The notes under the pieces: model-generated
Database searches by the model: none
What the model was told of the DNA's origin: nothing
Seen by the model: only the letters and a program-made list of their open reading frames with translations
From: Gordius albopunctatus
Taxonomy: Eukaryota
Direction of reading: 5' to 3'
DNA: 64,000 nucleotides
Assembly (NCBI GenBank): GCA_964276515.1
Contig: OZ193909.1
Span: 18,290,001 to 18,354,000, forward strand
Shown: in pieces, positions 1 through 11,197 of the stretch
Layout of the letters: the number at the start of each line of letters is the position of its first letter
How positions within the stretch are numbered: position 1 is the first letter of the stretch
Position numbers and translations under genes: made by a program

Positions 1-436
1 CAAACGCATAAAAATTCACTCAATAGTACTGTTTTCCTTTTAATTGAAACATATTAACTAAAGGAAAGGGGGAGTTTAATTTTTTTATTCTCAAAAACAT
101 GGGCGTAGGGCATAACTAGGTTTTGAATTAAGGGGGGGGGGCAAACGGTTAAAATAAAAGTTGAATTAGGGAGGGGCTAAATAAAAAAAAATTATTAATT
201 TGTAAGGGTTTTTTTACATTAGAAAAATTTTTTTTCCGTCATTCAGAGGGGGGCGGGGCGACTTATTGATAAAATAAATGTAGAAGCAATGCAAAATAAA
301 ATTAAAGTCATACATTTAATTAAATATTTATATTAAAATAAGTCGTAGTTAGATGGTAAGATAGGGCAAAAAAATTATATTCAGATGTATTTTAATATTT
401 AATAAAAACAAAATAAACAATTAAAAAAATTATTCC

Positions 437-925
437 CAGTGTTAGCGCCGGTGCTATAGGAGTAGCGCATTTAAGTGCAATCGGCTATAGCACATAGCAC
501 CTCAAACTCCCATCTCCTATAGCACATAGCACCTCAAACTCCCATCTCCTATAGCACATAGCACCTCAAACTCCCATCTCCTATAGCACATAGCACCTCA
601 AACTCCCATCTCCTATAGCACATAGCACCTCAAACCTCCCATCTCCTATAGCACATAGCACCTCAAACTCCCATCTCCTATAGCACATAGCACCTCAAAC
701 CTCCCATCTCCTATAGCACATAGCACCTCATACCTCCCATCTCCTATAGCTCATAGCACCTCAAACCTCCCATCTCCTATAGCTCTAGCACCTCAAACCT
801 CCCATCTCCTATAGCTTATAGCACTTAAAGTGACTATGTGCTAGTAGACATAGCGTATTTAATAGGCTATTCCCATCAGCGGGGAGGTGCTAAGCGCGCT
901 AGTGCTAAGCGTTTTCCCACCACTA
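437..925. mobile_element. Putative non-autonomous DNA transposon (hAT-like ends) carrying a minisatellite
   Basis: Begins CAGTGTT and ends CACCACTA (imperfect CAGTG/TAGTG termini), many TAGCAC/GTGCTA motifs in both orientations; no TSD found. Confidence 0.4.
485..825 (+). repeat. 32-33 bp minisatellite, about 10 copies
   Basis: Head-to-tail CTATAGCACATAGCACCTCAAA(C)CTCCCATCTC units starting 485, 517, 549, 581, 613...; no unique spacers. Confidence 0.95.
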
Positions 926-1345
926 GGGCATAGGGTAATTATCAATGTTAAACTATTCAAAAACGAAAAATTAAAATTTCGATTTATTTGGCCAGTGGTC
1001 ATTTTTCTCATTGGTCAGTAGCCTGCGGACGGTCAAAAAGTCATATTATTAATGGTATTAACAAGAACAAAATATTAATTTAATTTAAAAAAAAATAAAA
1101 AAATTTTGTCCTCTCAGGGTCTCGATCCATAACCTTGCAAGTCGGGAAGCTGGTGTAAATAACTTGGTGGACGACGGACGGACGGACAACAAAAAACGAG
1201 CCCATAAATTGCATATCAATTAAAATTGGAATTAGGATATAGAATATAAATGGCATATAGTTTTATGAAAAGACCTGGATTTGTATTATGAACTTATAGT
1301 GTTAGTCGAGTAAACATAAAAAGCCAAAGGGAAAAACAGCTGATT

Positions 1346-1527
1346 AAAAAATATAATACTTTTTTGTTAAAAATTCGGATTGACATTAATTTTCAAATAA
1401 ATAAAAACAAAAAAGGGTTTTTTCAAATTGAACGAACGTTAAATTCGAACGCGTTCATCAAAAAAAGGAACGCGTTCACGTTCAAAGTTCACCAAAAAAT
1501 AAAAGAACGCGTTCATTTACAGCACTA
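1346..1527 (-). mobile_element. Isolated left end of the hAT family seen at 3479-4547, inverted
   Basis: Reverse complement of about 3479-3695, ends TTTACAGCACTA, GAACGCGTTC subterminal palindromes. Confidence 0.85.
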
Positions 1528-2984
1528 GTTTTTACTATATCATGTTAAAAGCCAAGCACGGCTAAAAATAATAATGGTATTATCGGCGAAAAAACTCATG
1601 AGGTATTAACCTACAAAATTAACCCTGTTTGCTAAACTTTTTCCTAAATTACCATTCACACGCTATTAAGTACGCTAAAATTGTCTTTTCTTTTTTTAAT
1701 AGTTTCTCGAAATTATGTATCTAGTAGGTATAATGACTAATTTTATCTTTTTATAGCTATTTCAAGAATATAAACTCCGAGTCGAGTAAGTTGCTTTATA
1801 AAGATGATTCTATAAATTTGTTCAGGACTCTTGGAAAGAAGAGTTGTAAAAATAGTGAGAGCCCGAGGTAAAACAAATATAATTTTAGTCACGAGGAGCC
1901 GTTGTGATTTATTAGGACTTTGCAATTACATAGACATGTGATGTGTTATTGTCAAACAAGGCTAGACATTAGGATAAAGTCGACAGTTGAATTTAGAGAA
2001 TAACACGCCGCGGGCTATTGATCATAAAATCTCTAGCCATATATCACTATGTAGCCCCTGTGAATCATGATGATATACTTTGATTTTAATCATAAAAGTA
2101 GCAAAACTTATTGTAAAAATGGGTAAAAAGAAAATAAAATTTTAAATTTTTAGTTTAATTTTGGTAAGATTTTTGATTTATTAAAATATCTAAAACAAAT
2201 TTTATTTCGCCTGAGAGCTATGTATTTAATAATTATTTATCGATATGTGTGATTCATTAACTATTTTGAATTTATTTAGCCCTTAGGTTTATTTATTTAA
2301 AGTATGTAAATTTTAGCCCTGCTTTAAATATTTTCTATCTACCTTATTTGTCGTTTTAAATAATAACATTTATCAGATTTTATGTCTTTAAAAGCGAAAT
2401 TTCATTTTAAATAGCTTATGTTTTCAGTAAATTTTACTCAAACTATTATGTTTTACCTTTAAATACTTAATTATGGCTTATAATAAAGAAGATTGAAAGT
2501 AAAATTATTACTTTAACTAAGATGCAATAAATTTGACAAAGGTAGAAGCCACCTAACATTAAATTTTATTATCATAAAAAATTAAATCGCGTTTAAAAAA
2601 AACTGAAAATTATTTTTCCAAATATATTGTTGGAATATATTTTTAAGGTCTATTATTACGATAGGAAAGAAATTTGGAGGGAAATAAGTAATAGTTTTCT
2701 CACAAATTAAGTTTAAAAAAAACAAAAATCCAAAAAATTTCAAAAATGCCCGGGGCTAGTCATAGCCGATAGATCAACTCCGATATTTTCACTTCTTATT
2801 AGTGTATGCTAACTCAAATCAATAAAAAGATTGTTTCATTATAAAAAATGTGGAAAATTCAAATGTAATATGACTGTATTTTATATAAAACAAATAAAAA
2901 AGGGTCAAGATGACAATCTGACTTAAGTACACTTAAATGACGGATTTAGCAACGGAAAAAAACTTTTAGTCGTTTTATAATGTA

Positions 2985-3478
2985 CTAGCTGTGCCCGGCC
3001 AAGCGTTGCTTTGGCTCAGTCCTTAAGTGGTTAAATAAGTATAAACTATTAATAAGACTTATCTAAAATGCGGTCATATATGAAATAATGTGAAAGGTCC
3101 GAATGCTAATTAATGCAAATAAATATCCATAATATTTATTTAAGAGCGATATAAAATATTTATTAATATGATTTCACAGGGATATAAGAATTGCTAAGGA
3201 TTGTTGGCAGTGAAGCTCTAAAAACAATTATAAAAATTCTAATTATGAATTTCTATTGTTATTACTTGTTAGTAAAAAATTTGAGAATGTTTTTTGATGA
3301 TTATAACCAATCTTCACAGGGATAAAAATTTAAGTTATAAGAATTGATAAGGATTGTTGTCAATAAAGCTCTAAAGACACAAATGTAATTTTCAAATTTG
3401 CATTAGTAAGGATTGTTGGCAGTGAAGCTCTAAAGACATTATAAAATTAAGAATTTAAAATTTGAAAATGGTATATAA
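2985..3478 (-). mobile_element. Helitron 3' end fragment with internal degenerate tandem repeats
   Basis: Minus strand ends CTAG|T at 2985 with a GCCAA..TTGGC hairpin about 10 nt upstream; three copies of TAAGGATTGTTGGCAGTGAAGCTCTAAA-like motif at 3190-3440. Right boundary uncertain. Confidence 0.55.
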
Positions 3479-4547
3479 TAGTGCTGTAAATAAACACGTT
3501 CAAATTTTATGAACGCGTTCATGAACGGCGTTCTTTTATTTTTTGGTGAACTTTGAATGTGAACGCGTTCCTTTTTTTGATGAACGCGTTCGAATTTAAC
3601 GTTCGTTCAATTTTGTAAACCCTTTTTTGTTTTTATTTATTTGAAAATTAATGTCAATCCGAATTTTTAACAAAAAAGTATTATATTTTTTAATAAGTTG
3701 TTTTTCCTGTTTCCTATTACCAATGCCGAAATGCTTTTAACATAATATAACGTGCAAAAGAAGATAAGATTAAAGTTAATTAGTTTGATATTATTAATTA
3801 TAGTTTAATTTATAGGTTAATATGGACAATCATAATATTATATCGTCGTCATCTTCAGATTCTGAATATTCAAAATCAGCAAATGAATTGAAATTGCCAT
3901 GGCCAAAATATGAAAAATATTTTTCACTCGTTTCATATAAAAGATCAAATTCAATAATTAAAATGAACCTATAAAGAATAAACTTTTAGTGTTATTGAAA
4001 AAAGGGATTGAAACCCCTAGAATTGATAATGAAAGAGCTGTCAATTCCGAGATATCATTTTTTGGCGAGGAAGTAGAGGGCGCATTGGAGGATGATATCT
4101 TGTCGCAATTTTTTGAAGCGAGGGACAAAACATTAAAATTTTTAAATAAATTTCCTCCTTTAAAAAATTTGTTTATTAAGTATAATACTCCAATCCCCTC
4201 ATCTGCCCCTGTGGAGCAGGTTTTTAGTATAGATAATGCTGTATTAACTGCCAAGCGTTCCTGCTTATCAGAAGAAAATTTTTAAAAACAATTATTATTA
4301 AAAATAAATAAGAAAATAGATTATATTAATTTATAATTATATTGTCGAAATAAAACTATTATTTTTATCATGGCTATTTATTGTATTAAAAATATAAGAC
4401 ATTTATTTATATTAAATTAAACTTTAAAATTTGAACGAACGTGAACGCGTTCCTTTTCTTTTTAAACGAACGTGAACGCGTTCGATTTTTGTCAATGAAC
4501 GTTGAACGCGAACGCGTTCGATTTTTTTACAAATGTTTACAGCACTA
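3479..4547 (+). mobile_element. Internally deleted hAT DNA transposon
   Basis: 12-bp TIR TAGTGCTGTAAA/TTTACAGCACTA, GAACGCGTTC subterminal repeats, N-terminal remnant (LPWPKYEKYF, ~3895) joined to hAT C-terminal dimerisation motif FPPLKNLFIKYNTPIPSSAPVEQVFS (ORF 3989-4285). No clean TSD. Confidence 0.88.
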
Positions 4548-5360
4548 TAAAAATTTAATCACTAGACGGTTTTTATATAAAAAATCTCTCTTTATAAGAT
4601 AAAAGTTAAATTAATCCAAAATATACAACCAAAAAAATTTTATGTGCAAAATAAAAATTTTTGTCAAGGCTACTAGCCCCAAAAAATCGTTTTTTCTCAA
4701 TAAATGCTCATACCTCATGGAAAAATACACATTTATTTAAATTTTGATTTATTACCATTATTATTTTAAAAATAATTAGTAAGATAATAGTAACCCCGAG
4801 CTACGACTAGCCCCGATCTCCCATACTAATAATGCTCTTTATTTTCGGTAAAATGACAAAAGAACTACAATATAAATGTCTAGCAACTTATGTCTTAAAT
4901 GCAGTTTATAATTGTCAGTTTTCATATTCAAATAATTCGCTGAGCTGATATGATATTAACTCTTATTATAATTTTTTAAGAGTCGGAATGTTGTAAAAAT
5001 ATGATAAGTTATAATTTAACCTACAACGGTGGCAGGCCTGTGTGCAAAATGTGGAAGGTTGGCATCAGGTCGGAAACTGGTTTTAAAAACCCTCTGAAAA
5101 CTTTATAACAGAAAGCTAGGGCGTCCTCCACAACTGATGCGTACTGCATCCCCCACCCGTACAATGTGAAAAATAGTATATGGTACTGACAAACTCCGCG
5201 TTCGTGATGACGCGCAAAGCAAAAAAAAGCGAAGCGAATTTTGTTTCGCGAAATTATTTAAGCAATTCGCAGGCGATCGTTGTTCATGATGCGTGCGATT
5301 TAATTCGCTTATGACATGGTTTCACCTAACGTTAAAATTAAAATACTTATATTTATAATA

Positions 5361-5662
5361 GGGTAATAGAAAAATTAGTGAACGATCCAGTGAAATTCTT
5401 CAATTATTTTAGGATGAGCAAGGTAAAATTATGAATTAATTAGTTTTTAGGAAATATTTTATTATATATTAGAAAAAATAACTACCAACATAAAATCACA
5501 GAGAATAAACTATGCATATTCCATTTCACATGAAGAAAAATTAATGATAACTATCAGGTAAGCATTATCAATTTTTAACACATCTTAATTTAGATATTTG
5601 GCTTGTGGAAATTCTTATACATCAATAAGCTATTCACATGAGATAGGAATATCAACTATACA
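5361..5662 (+). pseudogene. PIF/Harbinger (HARBI1-like) transposase N-terminal fragment with introns
   Basis: Spliced translation DPVKFFNYFRMSK...SISHEEKLMITI|RYLACGNSYTSISYSHEIGIST matches the Harbinger F..YFRM / EKL..TLRYLA.G motifs; GT-AG intron near 5558-5593. Confidence 0.75.
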
Positions 5663-5721
5663 TTAGTGATGTTAATCTGCTCGAATTAGTTCTGCTTGTA
5701 TAGTGCTAAAGCACATACATC

Positions 5722-7136
5722 CAGTGGCGTATACAAGGGGGTGGATATGCGGATAAAACCACCTCCGCGGATTTCAAAAAAAAATTTTTTTTTCTAATAT
5801 CGCATTATATAATAAAGATTATGAAATGAGTTTTAATTAACTATGAGGAGCACTTATTTTCAACAACCATTGATCGTTAAAAAGGTCAATGATTTTTTAT
5901 CAACGCCTAAAAGGCAATATTTGTTTGATTCAATTGTTAAGTCTTCAGATTCCAAAAATTTGAAATTAAAAACCCTCTGTGAAACAAGATGGGTTCAAAA
6001 GCATCAAGCAATAAACCGTTTTTTTTGAATTAAGAGATTCAATTATCACAAGCCTTGAGCAGATTAGTGAATGGGCAGACAATGATTCCTCTTAGGGTGC
6101 TATGCTATTAGTATCAGCACTTAAAACTGGCCATTTTTGGTTATCATTACATACATTAAAGCAAGTCTTTGCTTATACTGTAAATCTTAGCATTCATTTG
6201 CTAAGCGTTAACCTGGACTTATCACAGGCAATAAATACGGCCGAAAGCGTTGTGGAAGCTATTAAATTAATTAGAAATATTTCTCAGGTAGAATTTTCCA
6301 GGATATTTGAAGATGTCACATTGATGGAAAAACAATATGGCTTTGAGATTTCGATTCCCAGAGGAAATGCCCAACAAACCCCGGAGACTTATTATAGAAT
6401 AACGCTGTATAATGCATTCTTAGACACATTTTTGGTAGAAATGGACACAAGGTTTCTTCAGAATAAACAAAATTTTATAGGGTTTCATGCTTTACTACTA
6501 CAACCACCTGTAAAGCTATCTGAAGCTAAACTGGCAAACCTTTTGAATTTAACTCATTTTTATGGGGATGATTTGAATGGAAATCAAGAACTATACGAAG
6601 CTGAAATCAAACTCTGGTATCAATCATTCAAAGATTGTAACCCTGAAGCCCTCCCTTCCAATGCACTAAATGCATTGTCCGATCATAGTCCCAAACTTTT
6701 CTTATATCCAAATATAAGAACGTTATACCAGATTTTAGCAACACTGCCAGTAACAACCTGTTCTAATGAAAGAAGTTTTTTAACGCTCAGAAGACTCAAA
6801 ACCTACTTGAGGAATACAACTGGTCAAGAGAGGTAAATACATTTTATTAAAAATTCTTAATTTTGTATAGGCTCATAGGTTTGACCTTGTTAAATATTCA
6901 TAGAGATTCAGTTCCAGACACTCAAGATATAATCAATGAATTTTTATATAAATCGCACAGATAATTTTTTCCCATACTATTTCATCAAATTATATGATAT
7001 GACGTTTATAATAAATATCTTTTATGAATGGGTTTGTATTTAAATAAATTGTAAAATTGAGATGATTTTTATTTAAACTCCCCCCCCCAAGAAAAATTAA
7101 AACCACCCCCAAAATAAAATCCTGCATACGCCACTG
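5722..7136 (+). mobile_element. hAT transposon (Tip100/p52rIPK-ZMYM1-like), internally deleted, with TSD
   Basis: TIR CAGTGGCGTAT/ATACGCCACTG; exact 8-bp TSD CATACATC (5714-5721, 7137-7144); broken transposase with LCETRW and YPNIRTLYQILATLPVTTCSNERSFLTLRRLKTYLRNTTGQER. Confidence 0.95.
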
Positions 7137-7498
7137 CATACATCTTACCATAACCATCATAAGCATAACCCGCACAAGGCTGGTTAATAACCCGGTTACT
7201 AGCATGGCAGATTAAAGTTGACATGGTTGCTTGGTTAAGAGAGATGTAAGTAACCACCGGGCATCGAGCAGATTGGATTGATATAAACCCTGGTATCGAC
7301 CAGGCTCATTTTGAACTAAACGTGGTTTTTGGCAAATTTAATTTCATATAATGCTAATCAATATTTTTCAATCATATAATATTAATCCTAAAAGGTGATA
7401 AAAAAATTAAAATATATTATAAAGAACTTTGCCCCCTACCTTTATTTGTCCCGTTGTTTTGCCCGGGAAAAACCAGCCAGCCGTTTTTACAACACTAA

Positions 7499-7559
7499 TA
7501 CATACATACACACACACATACATACATACATACATACATACATACATACATACATACAT
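7499..7559 (+). repeat. (CATA)n/(CA)n microsatellite in a Helitron-type 5' end
   Basis: Direct reading; continues after the hAT insertion as ACATACATAGACTTTACTTTATATATATAGA (8727-8757), same terminus as the Helitron at 24430-24462. Confidence 0.9.
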
Positions 7560-8726
7560 TAGAGGTCTGCATGGGCCGAAATTTCAGGGTCAGGCCCGGC
7601 CCATACCCGCACAAATATATTTTTTTTACCCATACCCGCCCCGCAAAATAACAACAAAAAATGCGCCGCATCAGGCCCGCACGAGAAAAAAGCTTCAGTG
7701 TTTTCAAAAAAATTTATTTCTATAGAAACAATTTTGCATGTATAAAAAAATTGTTATAGCATATAAAAACGGTATTAATAAAAAAAATTTTAATTTAATA
7801 TTGTCATTTAAAAATAATAAAGTGTCTATTCTATCAGGTAGTAGTCTTGTTATTCTTTGTTCTATTAGGCGACTTGCCTTACTAAACGTGCGTTCACTTG
7901 TAGTGCTTGCGGCTGGAATTGCCAAAAACTGTACAGCTAACTTTGTCAAATTAGGTAAGATAAGGTCGTGTTCTCTCCACCATGAAATAATATCAAGCTC
8001 ATCATCTTCCGGTTTAAGATTTAATTTAACATAAGTATCAACTTCATTGTTCTCCTCAATCTGCTCTCTTTCATCGTCCTCCTAAACGGAGATATCCATA
8101 TCGACTTCACCAATAGCTAATTGCCTACATACCTGAGTTGAATTGCTCATAGATGGACGACTGATGCATGAAGAGCTAGGATCTTCTTGCATTAATTTAT
8201 TTAAAGTTTGTGTTACCATGGTTTTAACAAGAATAGCAATGTTGATATTATAAGTTTGTAATAAGTAGGAGAAGTGTAGCTAAAACTAATTAATTATAAA
8301 ATAAAATTTTTTAATGAATTACCTTCAAGCTCAAAACAACGTCAATGAGATCTTGGAACAAATATTAAGCAATCTAAGAATTTGAAAAGCGAGGGAAAAA
8401 ATAAAGAATGAAGTTAAAAACAAACACTACCTTCTATCCATTCAATTAATTTACTTAATTAGCGAAAAATATAATATTAAATTTTCTCTCAAAATAATAC
8501 TGTTTAAATAGCAAATTTTTGTTAGAAAAAATAAATTTTTTATCATCAAGATAATAAATGCATTTTTTGTGTCAATACTATAATGATAGTATAGAGTTTA
8601 ATATATTTAAATTTTTTCACTTATCAAAGACTTTTTTAGTGCTTATTTTCAGGTCCGGCCCAGCCCGCGGGCGGGCTGGGCTTAGGCCTGCGGGCCGCGG
8701 ACCGGCCAGGCCCCTGCAGACCTCTA
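7560..8726 (-). mobile_element. hAT transposon (Ac/ZBED1-like) remnant with TSD
   Basis: 12-bp TIR TAGAGGTCTGCA/TGCAGACCTCTA; 8-bp TSD ACATACAT; GGCCC subterminal repeats; minus-strand dimerisation domain KLAVQFLAIPAASTTSERTFSKA. Confidence 0.93.
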
Positions 8727-8949
8727 ACATACATAGACTTTACTTTATATATATAGATAAGCTATACAAATTATGTCTATTAGGATTATATTACAAATTT
8801 GAAATTTGCGCGAAGCGGATAATTAGGTGCGTAAGTAATTACTATCAAAAGTTTCAAAATCATATTAATTTGCATTAAATACCCTAAATTTAAATCTCAT
8901 AAAATAAAAATTCTTAATTATCTAAATTAAGACTTATTAGATAAAAATT

Positions 8950-9040
8950 AAAGTCGAGATCTCGCCGATAAAATCTCGTCTCGTCTCGTTTCGAGGTCAG
9001 AGACGAGACCGAGATTTTTCTCGGTTTTTCCGCATCACTA
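8950..9040. mobile_element. Single terminus of another hAT-like element
   Basis: TCTCG/CGAGA subterminal repeats ending CCGCATCACTA; partner end not found. Confidence 0.5.
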
Positions 9041-10076
9041 ACCACCGTGCTTTTTTCTCCTTAAAAACTTTCTCTTAATACCCAAAAGCGCTTCGCCCGT
9101 CTTCCTAAGTGTTAACCTACTCCACGCGATCGAAAAAAAATCCAATTGTTAATCGAAAGGTGCCTAAACCTTAAATTTAGCCCTCTCCAATGGCTCCAAG
9201 CCACCCTCCCCTCCATGAATGATGGTATAGGCATCCGACCCCCCCCATTTACTTTCACTTGAAGTTTTCATCTCATCTCGTTTATCAACGGATGAGTTAG
9301 TCAAACAAATTACTCACACCCAAGACCCGCACCTCGACAGCGCCCTTATGGCATTGGAAGACCTCAAGCTTGATTCCGCAACTCACCCAACTAGAACCCT
9401 CCAAAATTAATGGTATTTACCACTGATAGCACGTTCAGTAGCTTACCTCACTTCGAACAACCTATCTTTATGAAATCTCCACTTCAATTGGGCATCCTCC
9501 GGGGGTTACGAATGGCTCGAGGCATAACCAAGCCAAAACCTAGGGTTACACTTGTCGGGCGAGGAACTTCGAATAACTGTAGGCCTACGCCTAGGCTGCG
9601 ACATTGTGTCCCCATTCAACTGCGACGTCTGTCGCCAACACGTTCTAGCAAACGGCCATCATCTTCTACACTGCCAATAAAGCAAGGAGCGGCATCCCCG
9701 TCATGCCACAATAAATAAAATAATCGCACAATTTTTAAAGAAAGCCGGCTTTCCCAACTCAATGGAACACACTCGCCTAAGCTCCAATGACGGTAAAATA
9801 CTCGACGGTGTAACGATCATCCCGTGGACTCGTGGCCTAAACCCCTGCTGGGACTTCACTACAGTGGATATATTTGCCAAATCTAACGCCTCTCCCGACC
9901 TTATCACTTCTACTGAGAGAAAGAAAGTGGAAAAATACAAATACCTCAGCAATATTATTTTTGTACCAGTAGTATCCACGACTCTCGGTAATTTAGGTCC
10001 CGAGAGCAGCCAATTCCTTAAACAAACATCAAAATTTATAACCTCCATCACACACGATCTCAAAATTTTTTTCTAG
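9041..10076 (+). mobile_element. Decayed CRE-clade non-LTR retrotransposon, C-terminal part
   Basis: WLQATLPSMNDGIGIR at ~9191, zinc knuckle region, and restriction-like endonuclease DGVTIIPWTRGLNPCWDFT; homologous to the elements at 11198-14560 and 26262-28250; frameshifted. Confidence 0.85.
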
Positions 10077-10091
10077 ATTGTAGGGGAGGGC

Positions 10092-10656
10092 ATATGCTCC
10101 TGTTGAAAGGCTTTTCAGTTTATGAAAACTTATATTTGGGGATAAACGTTCTTCTTTATTAAATGATAATTTTGAAAATAATATTTTGTTGAAGTCCAAT
10201 TCCCATCTACTTCCCCCTGATTTCTATTATCAATTGTAATTATATATATTGTTTGAAATGAAAAATAAATGTTTTACACATGTAGTTTATTTAGTTTTGT
10301 ATAAAAAAAACTTTATTTGAAATTATTTATTAAATTAGATTTTATAATGGACTATTTTTAATTTAAAATAAATAAATAATAATAAGTTTAAATAATTGGA
10401 AAAAAATATAAAAAAACAAATTTTGGATCAGATAAAACGTTTTTCAACTGGATTAATTTTCTACAATATTAAAAAAAATGAACTGAACTTGAACTAGTTC
10501 ATTTTGTAAAATTTGAACTAAGAACTGAACTAGTTCGTTTTTTTGGATAAACTTGAACTTTAACTTGAAAAAATATGAACTTGAACTAATTTATTTTTTC
10601 AAATTGAACTATGAACTTGAACTAGTTCATATCTAAGATGAACTTTAACAGCTCTA
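10092..10656 (+). mobile_element. Right-end fragment of the hAT family seen at 11359-12641
   Basis: APVERLFS...KRSSLLNDNFE C-terminal remnant, then GAACTAGTTC repeats and TIR TTAACAGCTCTA; 10420-10656 closely matches 12383-12641. Confidence 0.88.
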
Positions 10657-10860
10657 GTTGTCAGTATCCGTTTCATTTTTCATGGCATAATTCATCCTTG
10701 AATAATAAGTTTCTCGTCGCCAATGAAACGTGTAAACACAATTAGTTTATTAGATAAAGAATGAACGCGATTCCAGAATAATCGATAACATGTGGTTGTT
10801 GATAAAAAAACGAACGATGCTTACAATTGGATGTTACAAATATAAAATAGTACAATCATA

Positions 10861-11197
10861 ATAGGCTATGACTCTGTTTAATTTATAATGTTACTTTAAG
10901 CATTAAATAAAAAAGATAAAACACGTTATTACAAATATAACAAAATAGAAATTACGAATTATTAATTTTGCACTATATTTTTGCATTCAATTGTTTATAA
11001 ATCTATGTCTGTATAAATAGGATACACCGAATTTTGCGAACGTTAAAAAGCTGATTTATTAAAACACATTATTGAATAGTATGACTTACTTTAAAACGTG
11101 TCTCGCAAAAATCGTTATAGAAGCAATTATATAAATGCTTATAGACTTGAAGCTCCTCCCAAAGTGGATGCTACTTTGTATGAACACTATTATAACT
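10861..11197 (+). pseudogene. Inverted fragment of the ADAMTS-like gene (intron plus part of exon 21824-22037)
   Basis: Reverse complement of ~22228-22474 joined to ~21887-21980; encodes NAYRLEAPPKVDATLYEHYYN. Confidence 0.9.

Noticed and set aside
485..825. CRISPR-like 32-33 bp periodicity
   Set aside because: Units are contiguous with no unique spacers, no cas genes, eukaryotic context.
1105..1170. tRNA-like B-box on the minus strand (also ~38600-38655)
   Set aside because: No cloverleaf could be built; at most a tRNA-derived piece of a repeat.
7429..7725. ORFs with HTYI/MYVC repeats (also 45196-45562)
   Set aside because: Translations of the (CATA)n microsatellite.
2985..8757. One 5.8-kb Helitron joining the CTAG end at 2985 to the TC end at 8757
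   Set aside because: Orientation fits, but CGGGGCTAGT/ACTAGCCCCG motifs at ~2750 and ~4810 suggest another element overlaps the left end; pairing cannot be shown.
10078..10094. 17-nt match TTGTAGGGGAGGGCATA to 38717-38733 at the duplication junction
   Set aside because: Too short to interpret; probably a scrap of the same repeat family.
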